Virus record (IMG/VR): IMGVR_UViG_3300016472_000180
Span: 1,525 to 65,524 of that record
Direction: 5' to 3' (one strand)
Length of the DNA stretch: 64,000 bases
Source: a virus
Lineage: Duplodnaviria > Caudoviricetes
In this document: positions 9,743-19,503 of the stretch, in pieces
Layout of the letters: every line of letters starts with the position of its first letter
Numbering within the stretch: position 1 is the stretch's first letter
Program-made: the position numbers and the translations under genes
Notes under the pieces: model-generated
Databases searched by the model: none
Seen by the model: only the letters and a program-made list of their open reading frames with translations
Told to the model about the DNA's origin: nothing

Positions 9743-11620
9743 TTATTTCACATCACATCCTCCAGCAGTACAAGCCATCTCATGTGAAGATGTAGTTGAG
9801 TCTGATGTTTCATATTGCTTTAGCTTTGAAAAATCTATATCCACCTTAGGAAATAGGTTGTATGTCCGTGCATCTACAGCCTCAAAGGGAGCTTGGGCAT
9901 ATGTATGATCTGATTTGGGTAGAAACGACACACCTGAAATCTTATCGAAGTTAGTCCAAACCCAATTACCAACCTCCAAGTAATCGGTATCTGTATAAGA
10001 AACCGTAATACTGGGTTTATGATCACAGTAATATTCTTGGTAAATCATCCAAAGATTAAGATGGTCTATTGCCCCTAGTGTTTGTGATGTTGTTGTTTCT
10101 GACTCTGCTTTCTGTGGGAATGAAACAACAGCAGTTGACTGGGGATTCATAATACAATCTTCAATAGCAATAGATGGTGAGTCCTTCATCAGTTGATAGA
10201 TTGGATCCTTTTTATCAACACGAACCCTACGAATATAATACTCGGAGAATCGTGGATGCAAACCGCTAGCTGAGTTAGCCAGACAGCTTGTTGTACCCTC
10301 GGGCTTGATGCAAGTGATTGACTTGCTTGGGTTGATTCCTAGGTTGGTGGACCAAACAATGTTTGTGTACTGGGCAGTTTCCCTGAGTGTCTTTAGGGTA
10401 TACTTTAACCAACTGTTGCCTTCTTTACCAGACATCAGTCGGTTATCAAAGATACCAGTCATTGACACACCAAGCAACCGCTCTTCATTACAGTTGTTCT
10501 TCCAATCCTCGGAAAGATAGGTAAAGTTTGTGAACATACTTTGGACTGTGCCAATAATAGTTGCTTGCTCTATCTTCTTTGTTAATGTTTCTATGGTGTC
10601 TGTCGGTCGAACAACAATAGTAGACAGATTGCAGAATTGATTTGGTCGAAGAATAATCTCAGAACATGGGTTAGTTCCAAAGTTAAAGTTAAGATCTCTT
10701 CGTGCATTCTTAGCCAGATTAGTCATTGCTTGGCGGTTACAAATACCACGCTCACCACTGTGGGAATTGTAGAGATCAGTCCATTCTTCCAAGAACTGAC
10801 CCATTGGTGGCTTCTCTGTATAGATGGCTGAGTTGTTTGCTAGGGCGCGGTGTGATGATGATTCCCACCATGCACCAGACTTGCAAGTTGCCATCTCACG
10901 GTTACTGAGGTCACTCAGAGAGATCATAGCAGACCGTCGAACACCACCCACAATAACAGACTGGGCAATCTTACAACAGATATCGTGACACTCCAACGGT
11001 GTCAAGTGTCTTCCTTGTGCCTTATAGAATGTTTGAGTTACAAACCGAAAGACTTCTTCCAAGGGCTGGGGACCGCTTGCTCGACCACCAAAGGTCTTCA
11101 GTCTCTCACCAGCACCACGGACAAGGGATGTATCCCACTTTGGGTGTAGACCAGACTGAAGGTGGTCGAACAACTGAGCCAAGGCGTTGCACCAACCTTC
11201 CCTTGAGTCCTCGACTAACACAACTTGTGTCCAATCCTTGGAGATCTTATCTGGAATTTTTGGCAACCGAGATATACATCTACCCTCGACACTGTAGCCA
11301 ACGCCAGTACCACACATTAGAATATACATCAACTCGCTGAATGACTTCAGGGATGTTATTTCAAGATATGCACAATTGTACAAGGCGGTGTGGTCTTTAT
11401 CTAATGCTGGTCCTGCGGTCATCAGACCGCGCATTGACGGCAGCACTTCTAGATTTAAGATGGCATCTTTAATATCAGGGCGTGTCCCCAACAAGGGAAC
11501 CTTGGTACAAAAGAAATCCCACCATCGGTCTACTGTTTCATGCCAGAATTCCCTACGGTTTAACTCGGGAATCCAACGCGAGTAACGACTGAGAGCTATG
11601 AATTGTTGAAATGCGTCCAT
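9743..11620 (-). CDS. nrdJ: Class II (B12-dependent) ribonucleotide reductase, monomeric RTPR type
   Basis: LPSMRGLMTAG, LYNCAY, GGVRRSAMISLS, GTNPCSEIIL, FCNL, CIKPEGTTS, C-terminal ACTAGGC. Confidence 0.93.
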   Translation of the reverse strand: MDAFQQFIALSRYSRWIPELNRREFWHETVDRWWDFFCTKVPLLGTRPDIKDAILNLEVLPSMRGLMTAGPALDKDHTALYNCAYLEITSLKSFSELMYILMCGTGVGYSVEGRCISRLPKIPDKISKDWTQVVLVEDSREGWCNALAQLFDHLQSGLHPKWDTSLVRGAGERLKTFGGRASGPQPLEEVFRFVTQTFYKAQGRHLTPLECHDICCKIAQSVIVGGVRRSAMISLSDLSNREMATCKSGAWWESSSHRALANNSAIYTEKPPMGQFLEEWTDLYNSHSGERGICNRQAMTNLAKNARRDLNFNFGTNPCSEIILRPNQFCNLSTIVVRPTDTIETLTKKIEQATIIGTVQSMFTNFTYLSEDWKNNCNEERLLGVSMTGIFDNRLMSGKEGNSWLKYTLKTLRETAQYTNIVWSTNLGINPSKSITCIKPEGTTSCLANSASGLHPRFSEYYIRRVRVDKKDPIYQLMKDSPSIAIEDCIMNPQSTAVVSFPQKAESETTTSQTLGAIDHLNLWMIYQEYYCDHKPSITVSYTDTDYLEVGNWVWTNFDKISGVSFLPKSDHTYAQAPFEAVDARTYNLFPKVDIDFSKLKQYETSDSTTSSHEMACTAGGCDVK

Positions 11621-12135
11621 TAGTTTGTTCCAGTTGATCCAAAACCACCCGAACCTCGCACCGTATTGGGTAACTCAGTTACCTCAATAAACTTAGGTTT
11701 ATTTATGGGTGTTATAATCAACTGGGCAACTCTGGAACCAGCATAAACAACAATATCTTTATCTGTAGTATTAGTTAACACAACCTTAACAGTACCCCTA
11801 TAGTCTGGATCTATTACACCAACTCCATTAGCTAGGATTATTCCTTGTAAGGACAGGCTTGACCTGATGTAGACCAACCCAGCAGTGTTCTGTTGTAACG
11901 CCAAGGTTACACCAGTGTCAACCAATGTCGGGGTGTTTGGCTTTAGGACAACCTCAGATATAGAACTTAGGTCTGCACCCACAGAATCTGGGGTCTTAAA
12001 GACTGGTGTCGCAGAACCTTTTTCTAAAGTAATCTTAACAGCATTCTCTGGTTCTGAGATTGTAAAAGATTGTGTGGTGTATGATTGAGGGTTACCATAG
12101 TAACCAGTGTTTACATTATATGTGGAATTTGTCAT
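11620..12135 (-). CDS. dut: Trimeric dUTPase
   Basis: SVGADL, IRSSLS, GVIDPDYRG, RVAQLII, RGSGGFGSTG. Confidence 0.93.
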   Translation of the reverse strand: MTNSTYNVNTGYYGNPQSYTTQSFTISEPENAVKITLEKGSATPVFKTPDSVGADLSSISEVVLKPNTPTLVDTGVTLALQQNTAGLVYIRSSLSLQGIILANGVGVIDPDYRGTVKVVLTNTTDKDIVVYAGSRVAQLIITPINKPKFIEVTELPNTVRGSGGFGSTGTN

Positions 12136-12153
12136 CTTTATCCTTGGTTGTAT

Positions 12154-12168
12154 TCTTTAGCCCCAACT
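12154..12168 (-). promoter_or_regulatory. Putative phage RNAP promoter copy (AGTTGGGGCTAAAGA)
   Basis: Identical 15-mer at 19504-19518 and near-identical at 34473-34487; all three lie at gene ends facing downstream. Confidence 0.6.
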
Positions 12169-12169
12169 A

Positions 12170-12907
12170 TCAGTAAGGTTGCCAAAGAAGGGGTTGATTG
12201 TTATTATAATCGTATTCATTATCTCGTAAGATACGAACACATTGTGCCATTTTAACGCAAAAATCTAGGGTATAAGGTACACCCTGGGAATCCTTTGAGT
12301 GTTCATAGGTATACATAACAGCATCAGTCCAATACTCAGGTTGAACCGAATCTAAAATCTTCTGGGCTTTGACTGGACCACACTTCCATATGCCGGGAAT
12401 GTTATCCGTGGTATCCCCAGTCAACCATTGCTTGTGAAAGTTAAACTCAGCAACCTTGGGATCCAACAGTACTGGGCTATCTTCTTTATCTGGGTTCCAA
12501 TGCCAACCACGAACAGACCTGAGGTCTTTGTCAATGGTCACAGCAATGGCCCGATAACCACTGGCCAGCATTCCCATGATGTCATCAGCCTCCAGTGAAT
12601 CAATAACTATCTTATTATATTTCGACAATAAATCAGTTACCAACCCAAGATTTTCTGGTATCTTTCTGGATGTGTCATCGCGGTGACGCTTGTATAGATC
12701 CCAAACTTTACGACGAAAGTTATCAGACCTTGGACAAGAGAATGCAATCTGGATATCTGTAATTCCAAATGGAGTCCACTCTTTGACATCATTATCTATT
12801 CTTTGTTCCAAGTCTTCGATACCTTCAGTCTCAGCCCAGAAAGCAATCCTGTATGCTAGGATGTCACCATCCAAGACAGCTGTTTGTGGTTGTTCTTCTG
12901 GGTACAT
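12170..12907 (-). CDS. 5'-3' exonuclease (T7 gp6-like)
   Basis: LDGDILAY, NFRRKV, LEADDIMG, IDKDL, LTGDTTDNIPGIWKCGPVKA. Confidence 0.92.
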   Translation of the reverse strand: MYPEEQPQTAVLDGDILAYRIAFWAETEGIEDLEQRIDNDVKEWTPFGITDIQIAFSCPRSDNFRRKVWDLYKRHRDDTSRKIPENLGLVTDLLSKYNKIVIDSLEADDIMGMLASGYRAIAVTIDKDLRSVRGWHWNPDKEDSPVLLDPKVAEFNFHKQWLTGDTTDNIPGIWKCGPVKAQKILDSVQPEYWTDAVMYTYEHSKDSQGVPYTLDFCVKMAQCVRILRDNEYDYNNNQPLLWQPY

Positions 12908-13075
12908 TTAAGAGATTTCCCTTACTTCATATTCTTGTAGTTTAGATAACAGCCTAGTATTTCTTTCTTGAAGAAGTATGATGTGTTCTTCCAGTTTTTT
13001 CTTCTCACATTTTAATTGAGCAATCGTAGTATTCAGAGCTAGAATTGTATCATAGGTTTGGTTGTTTGGAATCAT
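12908..13075 (-). CDS. Small coiled-coil protein (55 aa)
   Basis: Hand-translated MIPNNQTYDTILALNTTIAQLKCEKKKLEEH...; fills the intergenic gap exactly. Confidence 0.55.
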   Translation of the reverse strand: MIPNNQTYDTILALNTTIAQLKCEKKKLEEHIILLQERNTRLLSKLQEYEVREIS

Positions 13076-13083
13076 TTTAAAAT

Positions 13084-13188
13084 TTACTCGTCATTGTATC
13101 GTAGGTGATATGGTATGCAATCATCGTCGTTATTCTCATGTTCTTCTTCTTCATCTTCACAATCTTCGTCATCCCAACATTCTTTCAT
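13084..13188 (-). CDS. Very acidic 34-aa peptide
   Basis: MKECWDDEDCEDEEEEHENNDDDCIPYHLRYNDE; TAATG overlap with the upstream gene. Confidence 0.5.
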   Translation of the reverse strand: MKECWDDEDCEDEEEEHENNDDDCIPYHLRYNDE

Positions 13189-13925
13189 TATAGTTCCTCG
13201 TTGTTGTCTAAAATTTTACATCGCTTAAAAGCTTCTAACGCAAGTTTATCTAACTCTGCTTGGGTTAACTCTATGTCATGTCGGAACTTCATACAACCAA
13301 AGCAGTCACATAACTTCTTATCATCACTTTGCAAGTAGTCCAGCCAATCATCAAAGTATGACTCGGCTTTCTTTTTGAACGCTTCTTCAGTTGTGTCGTT
13401 AAATAGCCGAAAGTGAAACAGGTTTTGATAATCGCTTAGCCACGATTCAATTTTGTTTGCCATGTCCTCGGACTCATGCTCACGCCACTTAGCATCGTGG
13501 TCACTTAGCTTCCTATCACCGTGGGCTATGAATACATTCAAAGCATCTATCTTTCTACCATAACCAACCTCATTCAGATACCGACAGTCATCTACAATGA
13601 CACACTTTTCATGCCACTTTCTTGGGGATGTCTCAAGATTTTCAATATCCAACACCTTGATTTCATTCAAGCGTTCATTGAACTTAGTCAACCAATAGTC
13701 TGGATCTTGCTTTCTCTTGCCTGAACCTAACACCTGACAAGCCAGCCTGTATTCCTCTGGGTTATCTTCCTTTGTTAACCCAGTCTTAGCCACTTCTCTT
13801 TTCAGAATGTCAGCAAATGATAACAAGGTTGGGGAAAACCCTTTGTTGTACATATACTTACTGAACCATTTAGCCAAAGTTGTTTTACCAACCCTAGCTT
13901 TACCGCCAAACATTATTACCATCAT
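13188..13925 (-). CDS. Deoxynucleoside monophosphate kinase family
   Basis: FGGKARVGKTT P-loop, SFADILK, LQVLGSGKR-like segment, IVDDCRYLNE. Confidence 0.8.
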   Translation of the reverse strand: MMVIMFGGKARVGKTTLAKWFSKYMYNKGFSPTLLSFADILKREVAKTGLTKEDNPEEYRLACQVLGSGKRKQDPDYWLTKFNERLNEIKVLDIENLETSPRKWHEKCVIVDDCRYLNEVGYGRKIDALNVFIAHGDRKLSDHDAKWREHESEDMANKIESWLSDYQNLFHFRLFNDTTEEAFKKKAESYFDDWLDYLQSDDKKLCDCFGCMKFRHDIELTQAELDKLALEAFKRCKILDNNEEL

Positions 13926-14398
13926 AAGAATTGTTCCTTGTAAACCCAGCTAAGTAAGAAGTCATACAGTTGTTTTGGTGAGAAGAACCTAGGTATGAAT
14001 ATCCCATGCAATCCTAGGAAGTCTGACACAAAGGTAGCACATGTTGGTGGTGGGTCACCAACATTCCAAAAGTAAGACTTTAGTTGATACTTGATTAAAT
14101 CCCAGTGCTTTGTTAGTGGGTAGTTATTTATATAGTTGTTAATGTTTTCATGTAGATCTATCTCACCAAAGCTGGTTATGTGGTATGGATCAACACCTAA
14201 AAATTTCTTGTTTAGCCCCAACTTTATGATCCGTGGACTACCACCATCAACCGTTAATACAATCAACCTGTAGTTTGTAAACTCAAGTTCAATATGAACA
14301 TGAGTGTGTTTGGAAAAACACATAAGATGTATTAATGGTTTACGCCATCCTTGTAACTTATAGTTATTATAGAAGCAGACTAAGACTTCAGCTTTCAT
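13922..14398 (-). CDS. Putative permuted papain-like (NlpC/P60, YiiX-type) enzyme
   Basis: His motif KHTHVHIEL precedes Cys motif TCATFVSDFL, then FSPKQLY, matching the permuted H...C...SP order. Confidence 0.55.
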   Translation of the reverse strand: MKAEVLVCFYNNYKLQGWRKPLIHLMCFSKHTHVHIELEFTNYRLIVLTVDGGSPRIIKLGLNKKFLGVDPYHITSFGEIDLHENINNYINNYPLTKHWDLIKYQLKSYFWNVGDPPPTCATFVSDFLGLHGIFIPRFFSPKQLYDFLLSWVYKEQFL

Positions 14399-14735
14399 AG
14401 AAGATCTTTAGACCTAGGTACACGGCTAGGGCGTGCTCAACCCGTGCGCCCTCTGATCTTTCCCATCCAGTCAGCATGACCACAGCGTCTGATGCCATAA
14501 TGGCGGAGATATCCCGCTCCATACACATCTTGAGGTTTTCTTTTGCGTTGATTGCAACACAGTCTCCGTCGTATCCCATGTCTTCATCCATCTGTGCCGG
14601 GTTAAATACCCGACCAACCATTGGATTATTACTCCATTTACGAGCTGCATCAAAAAAGGCTGGGAAGTTACTGTTCTTGTATCCACGCATAGGCCCCGCA
14701 ATATAGACTGTTAGTTTGTTAGTTGTTGATTCCAT
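14388..14735 (-). CDS. DUF4406 family (nucleoside 2-deoxyribosyltransferase-like)
   Basis: VYIAGPMRG..NFPAF, FNPA, DAVVMLTGWERSEGARVE. Confidence 0.85.
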   Translation of the reverse strand: MESTTNKLTVYIAGPMRGYKNSNFPAFFDAARKWSNNPMVGRVFNPAQMDEDMGYDGDCVAINAKENLKMCMERDISAIMASDAVVMLTGWERSEGARVEHALAVYLGLKIFYES

Positions 14736-14744
14736 TAGTTTCCT

Positions 14745-16451
14745 TTAGTGTGTTTCTGACCAATTCGTACCAATCGTAAAGTTTGCATCTACAGCAATGT
14801 TTAGATTCAGTTCGTTACCAGCCTTGTTGGCAGCGGTAACAATAACTCTACCGACATCCTCTGCAATATCAACTGGTGCTGCAAATTGTAACTCGTCGTG
14901 AATGTAAGCCATTTGAAAGACATCAGAACCATACAGTTTGTTTAGATCTTCATTAGCCTTTAACATCCATAACTTGGAAACAATAGCACCAGCACCCTGT
15001 AGTAATGTGTTTAACGCAGCGTGTTCTTTCCTGACTGGGATCTTTCTGTTGTCGGGTAACACAACAGCTTTATCCTTGAGATACCAGTAACGAACAAGGT
15101 CTTGAACCTTTGCCAAAGCAGGGATTTCTTTCTGAAACCTGACACGCAACTTTGAAGCATTCTGAACAGAGCAACCAAGTACCTTACTTAACTTGACATT
15201 ACTGGCACCATAGAGATAAGCATAGATAAATGACTTGGCAAGATCTCTGGATGATAAACCAGCAGCAACCTTGTTGTGTTCGTGTATGTCACCATTAATT
15301 AGAATGGATGCATAATGTCCCTTATCAAACTCACTCATATAGTGGGCTAACATCCTGAGTTCAAGACCCTTGAGATCAGCACCAACCTGAACATACCCAT
15401 CCTTGCCGGGTATCCACAGTGACCTAGCTTTGCTGTCTCCAGATACCTGTGCTATGTTAGGCTGACTGTGTGTGCATCTACCAGTAGCAGCACCCTGTGG
15501 GTTGATGTTACCATGTATCCGATTGTCTCTTGATGTAGATGCCCTTAAGTTCCAATCTTCTACTTGTGAGATCAGTTTAACAATATCAAAGTACTTTACC
15601 AGAGTTTTGGCTTCTTCAAAATGCAAGGTTGATAAGACCTCTTCATCTACATTAGGATTACCTTTGTCTGTTTCGGGTGCTTTCCACCCATACTTGTCAA
15701 ACAAACGCTCGGCAATCTGTAACCTAGAACCTGGGTTAAATACCTCAACCTTATCCTTCAATCTCTTACCAGTCTTATCTGAATAGCGTTCAGTTATCTT
15801 CGCAGGGAAGATGCTGTTCATCATATCTTCTATCCCCAGTTTTTCTAGAACTAGGTTGCGATACAATTCTTCGCCTGCTGCAAGGTCATAACCAAAGCCA
15901 CTCTCGACTTGCTTACTGAGCAGGCTTGTTATCTGATGCTCAAACTTAACCAAAGATTTGTTGCTTGAAATAAAGTTCGTTTGTTGTTTGTATATTAGTT
16001 CACAAAGCAGAACATCATTCAAACAATACTGACCCATAGCATCTGTGTATTCAGACCAACCACCAGTGTACTCGGTCTTAGGATACCGTAAGTGTTTACC
16101 CCAGCACTCAAGTGAGTTGCCACCAAATGGGTGTTCGTTTCTATCGGGATACATAAGCCTAGAAACAACTAGGGTGTCAACAATAAGCCTTGGTTCTTTT
16201 AGACCCAACAATCTATTCAACACAGGATAGTCATATCCGTAAATGTTGTGACCTATTAAGATGTCAAATTGTTTAAGGTATTGTTTCAGAGAACCAAGAT
16301 TCTCTTCTGTCCACAACCTAGGTTCACTGGCATCACGATCTTTCGTAGCTACACACCAGATCCTAGTACACTCTGGCAGTGCTTTACCTTTCTTTTCTAC
16401 TACAACCTCATTGAGAGAGTTGCCTTCTATATCTAGTACGCATGATTTCAT
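14745..16451 (-). CDS. polA: DNA polymerase family A with 3'-5' exonuclease, T7 type
   Basis: DIEG, GHNIYGYD, YCLNDV; ATGRCTHSQPNIAQV; motif A DLKGLELR; motif B RDLAKSFIYAYLYG; motif C IHDE. Confidence 0.96.
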   Translation of the reverse strand: MKSCVLDIEGNSLNEVVVEKKGKALPECTRIWCVATKDRDASEPRLWTEENLGSLKQYLKQFDILIGHNIYGYDYPVLNRLLGLKEPRLIVDTLVVSRLMYPDRNEHPFGGNSLECWGKHLRYPKTEYTGGWSEYTDAMGQYCLNDVLLCELIYKQQTNFISSNKSLVKFEHQITSLLSKQVESGFGYDLAAGEELYRNLVLEKLGIEDMMNSIFPAKITERYSDKTGKRLKDKVEVFNPGSRLQIAERLFDKYGWKAPETDKGNPNVDEEVLSTLHFEEAKTLVKYFDIVKLISQVEDWNLRASTSRDNRIHGNINPQGAATGRCTHSQPNIAQVSGDSKARSLWIPGKDGYVQVGADLKGLELRMLAHYMSEFDKGHYASILINGDIHEHNKVAAGLSSRDLAKSFIYAYLYGASNVKLSKVLGCSVQNASKLRVRFQKEIPALAKVQDLVRYWYLKDKAVVLPDNRKIPVRKEHAALNTLLQGAGAIVSKLWMLKANEDLNKLYGSDVFQMAYIHDELQFAAPVDIAEDVGRVIVTAANKAGNELNLNIAVDANFTIGTNWSETH

Positions 16452-16455
16452 TTAT

Positions 16456-18189
16456 TTACTCATTGGGAACATCTGCGGGATCGTAAACAACATTGCCTGA
16501 ATCGTCAAGTGTAAATCCAACCTCCTTCAGTCTACCTGATTTGTGATCATAGAACAACGCAGTAGCAATACCAGCACGACCAGTTAAGCGATTCTTTAGA
16601 ACCCGAACCACAGTTGTGTTTGCCACCCTGTTGTTTGGATTCTGTCGGTCACGCTCTAGACCAATCACCGTGTTGGGAACCGAGGACAATGCACCAGAAC
16701 CACGAAGATCCTGTAGTGTAACCCGACTACCTTCCTCGTATGCTTTATCTGTTTTCTTAAGTTGAGATACAATGTCAATGTGAACACCAGTACGAACAGA
16801 TATAGACCTGAGTTCTTTCATCAGTGTATCAATAATGATTCGTTCTGAGTTACCACCATCAACATCCTTCTCTGATATACCAACAAGACCAGCAGCCGCA
16901 GCAGTAACATGGTCAAGAACAATAACATCCAACTTAAGACTGGTAGCCATGAACTCAATCCGTGCCAACAGATTGCTCATAGCATTGTTACCAAGGTGGT
17001 CGTAGATATATAGATTGGTTTGACACAATCTCTTCTTTGCCTCAGCATATTCTTCTTCAGTTAGATCATCAAAGATAGACACATTGATAATCTCTCTACC
17101 CATCTTAACCTGTAGTGTGTTCATCATACGGGTTGCTCTGATTGCTCGTACTGGTTTGTTGATCAGTAGGGATATCAGATCATCCATAGTTTCTTGTGGT
17201 GATTCTTCTAACATGATACACCCAACACTGCGACTGTCTGTTAGGTGGTTGATAATCAACTCACGAATGATTGTTGACTTACCAGACCCAGTACCACTAG
17301 CCCACAGTGTGATCTCTCCACTGCGTTGACCAATCAAGAACTCGTTTAGCCTAGTGTATGGGAACGGATATACACGAACATCCTCTATCTCTTGTTGATC
17401 GTTGATGATATTAGAAATGTGTAGAATCTCATCAGGTGAATACACCTGTGCTTCCCATAAACAATTCACCAATGTCTTGGACTGGGAGTGCAACAAACAT
17501 TCGTTTGCATCCTTATAGGGTAACTTGGCAATCCTGCATTTACCCGATGGTAACATATCTGCAACTTCTTTGGCTGCTGCTTGACCAGCCTCATCCATAT
17601 CAAAGCACAAGATAACCTCTGAATAACTGTTGACAAAACTAAGGTTATCCTTGATTGATCTAACAGCAGATGCAGCACCATTAGGAATGGATACGACTGC
17701 CCATGTACCACCCAGTACTTGGTTCACGGTCATACAATCTATCTCACCCTCGGTGATGATTAATCGCTTACCGCCTGTTGACTTCCACAGGTTCTGACCA
17801 AACAACTCAACACCAGTAGCAGAACCACGCCATGCAAACTTCTTATCGGGACCACGAAGATGTTGTCCAACCAACTGATTGTCTTTATAGTAGTTGGCGA
17901 CATGGATTGTTTTGTTGTTGATCTCGGTGACCTGATAGTTGTACAACCTACAAACTTTTTCTCCTAACATTCTTTCTGGGATATCACAATGTGTACCATC
18001 CAGTGGTACGAATTCTTTTGGTGATGTAAAAACTTTATCTGTCACTTTGTTTCCTTTATAAAATTTGCAACTAAAACAATAACTGTGGTCTGAATAAACG
18101 GCTAAATTATCACCATTGGAATCTCTTCCGACTGCCTGACACTTGGGACAAGCAGCCCTGCGTACAAATACCGACTCTGTTTTATTCAT
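16456..18189 (-). CDS. Primase/helicase (T7 gp4-like)
   Basis: Zn finger CPKC...CFSC; TOPRIM ITEGEID and FDMD; Walker A GTGSGKST; LDH; DLRGSG; KNRLTG. Confidence 0.96.
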   Translation of the reverse strand: MNKTESVFVRRAACPKCQAVGRDSNGDNLAVYSDHSYCFSCKFYKGNKVTDKVFTSPKEFVPLDGTHCDIPERMLGEKVCRLYNYQVTEINNKTIHVANYYKDNQLVGQHLRGPDKKFAWRGSATGVELFGQNLWKSTGGKRLIITEGEIDCMTVNQVLGGTWAVVSIPNGAASAVRSIKDNLSFVNSYSEVILCFDMDEAGQAAAKEVADMLPSGKCRIAKLPYKDANECLLHSQSKTLVNCLWEAQVYSPDEILHISNIINDQQEIEDVRVYPFPYTRLNEFLIGQRSGEITLWASGTGSGKSTIIRELIINHLTDSRSVGCIMLEESPQETMDDLISLLINKPVRAIRATRMMNTLQVKMGREIINVSIFDDLTEEEYAEAKKRLCQTNLYIYDHLGNNAMSNLLARIEFMATSLKLDVIVLDHVTAAAAGLVGISEKDVDGGNSERIIIDTLMKELRSISVRTGVHIDIVSQLKKTDKAYEEGSRVTLQDLRGSGALSSVPNTVIGLERDRQNPNNRVANTTVVRVLKNRLTGRAGIATALFYDHKSGRLKEVGFTLDDSGNVVYDPADVPNE

Positions 18190-18204
18190 TTATTTCCTTA
18201 TGGA

Positions 18205-18240
18205 GATGTGGCGGGGCAGTTTGTCAGACCACCCCGCCAA
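18205..18240 (-). promoter_or_regulatory. Intergenic GC-rich stem-loop without U-tract (possible processing site)
   Basis: TGGCGGGGTGGT-CTGACAA-ACTGCCCCGCCA. Confidence 0.45.
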
Positions 18241-18245
18241 TCTTG

Positions 18246-18647
18246 TTAAGCGCATCCTACTTCCAGTGTAAAGTATCCACTAGAACCTTTCTCAGCCCAT
18301 TGCTTTGTAACATACAGGCTAATGATTTGTGAATCATCAACCCATATCTTACCATTCATGGTATCCAGTATCGCCTTGGCAAAGTTATCAATATCAGGTC
18401 TTGGATACAGCTTCTCTGTTTTAGTGGGTTGTTTAACAAACAACTCAATAGATACAGCCAAGACACTGGTCAGTGGTGTAAAGCTTGGATCCAAAGTATT
18501 CCAAACTTTTTCAGCAGCAATTTCTCTAAAGTTTTTATAAGCACCTACATAGAACGCTCCCCACCTAGATACCCTTGGGCGACTTGCAGCAACTGGGTTG
18601 ATGTCAAATCTCCATGAGTATCTTTTAGAAGGGGCAGTCTTCGTCAT
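18246..18647 (-). CDS. rusA: RusA-like Holliday junction resolvase
   Basis: RPDIDNFAKAILDTMNG..WVDDSQI catalytic Asp/Lys pattern; occupies the gp3 position. Confidence 0.88.
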   Translation of the reverse strand: MTKTAPSKRYSWRFDINPVAASRPRVSRWGAFYVGAYKNFREIAAEKVWNTLDPSFTPLTSVLAVSIELFVKQPTKTEKLYPRPDIDNFAKAILDTMNGKIWVDDSQIISLYVTKQWAEKGSSGYFTLEVGCA

Positions 18648-19158
18648 CTATGGTACTCTCGCCTTCATCGGTGTATGCTACACCAGTTCCAACGAAACCA
18701 CCTTCAACTGGTGCAAAGTCATTTTCCTTACTGAAGGTTGAGTTCTTCTCAATAACCTGAATACCATTCAAGTAGATTGACAGGGAGTTATCCCGTGTAA
18801 GAACCATTGGAACAAGCTTCAGTCGAACCTTGTCACCACCGAATGGAACTGCTGATGTTGGGATACCTTGTGAATCAACACAAGGGAATACACCCTTATC
18901 AACATGAACCTTAGACTTAGCCTTAAAGTAGGTCACACCCTCAGACTCACGAAGGCCATTGATCTTCTTGGCTCCAGTGGTCTTCAGGATGTTGTTCAAC
19001 ACATTGCGGAACGCAGCATCAACAACAACTGTGATGTTATGATTCGCACTACCTTCTCCGAATGCTGTGTCTGGCTTAAGTAGATTGCTCCACTTAGTCA
19101 TCAGTGTTTCGGTGATAAACGGGGAACTCTTACGATTCTTAGTTACTTTCATTGTCAT
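18625..19158 (-). CDS. Single-stranded DNA-binding protein (gp2.5-like)
   Basis: WSNLLKPDT, GGDKVRL, LNGIQVIE, acidic tail ending in Phe (DDEDCPF). Confidence 0.88.
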   Translation of the reverse strand: MTMKVTKNRKSSPFITETLMTKWSNLLKPDTAFGEGSANHNITVVVDAAFRNVLNNILKTTGAKKINGLRESEGVTYFKAKSKVHVDKGVFPCVDSQGIPTSAVPFGGDKVRLKLVPMVLTRDNSLSIYLNGIQVIEKNSTFSKENDFAPVEGGFVGTGVAYTDEGESTIDDEDCPF

Positions 19159-19330
19159 TCTTTGTTTCCTTTTTGGTTGTTAGATTCTTAATAGTGTTGA
19201 TCTGTGCATTGATATCCACAACAATTGAACTGAGTACCTGTGCCATACTTGATAAGTACAAGCACACACTATCAGAACTAATTGCTGGTGGTGCAGTCTG
19301 TTGGACTTGTTCTTCTACCTGTGTATCCAT
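19139..19330 (-). CDS. Hypothetical protein
   Basis: 63-aa ORF behind a GGAGG RBS. Confidence 0.6.
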   Translation of the reverse strand: MDTQVEEQVQQTAPPAISSDSVCLYLSSMAQVLSSIVVDINAQINTIKNLTTKKETKNDNESN

Positions 19331-19350
19331 TTAGTATCCTCCTTTCTTCT

Positions 19351-19443
19351 GTGTCTTCTGTTTGCGAACGGGTTTCTTATGTCGCACACCGCGTACACCA
19401 AGCCCTCCAGTTTGGTGTCTTCTGTTTGCGAACGGGTTTCTTA
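19351..19443. repeat. Perfect 29-bp direct repeat separated by a 35-bp spacer
   Basis: GTGTCTTCTGTTTGCGAACGGGTTTCTTA at 19351-19379 and 19415-19443. Confidence 0.9.
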
Positions 19444-19499
19444 GACTTCTTGTCTAAACTGCGTTTTGAACTTGTCTTCTTGTTCATCATATCGAGCAT
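19377..19499 (-). CDS. Small Lys/Arg-rich ORF (40 aa) running through the first repeat
   Basis: GAGGAG RBS then MLDMMNKKTSSKRSLDKKSKKPVRKQKTPNWRAWCTRCAT. Confidence 0.45.
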   Translation of the reverse strand: MLDMMNKKTSSKRSLDKKSKKPVRKQKTPNWRAWCTRCAT

Positions 19500-19503
19500 C
19501 TCC

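Noticed and set aside
19351-19443. Calling it a bona fide CRISPR array
   Set aside because: Only two repeats, no canonical repeat end and no cas genes; the repeat also reads as KKPVRKQKT in a plausible small gene. Kept as a repeat and a finding only.
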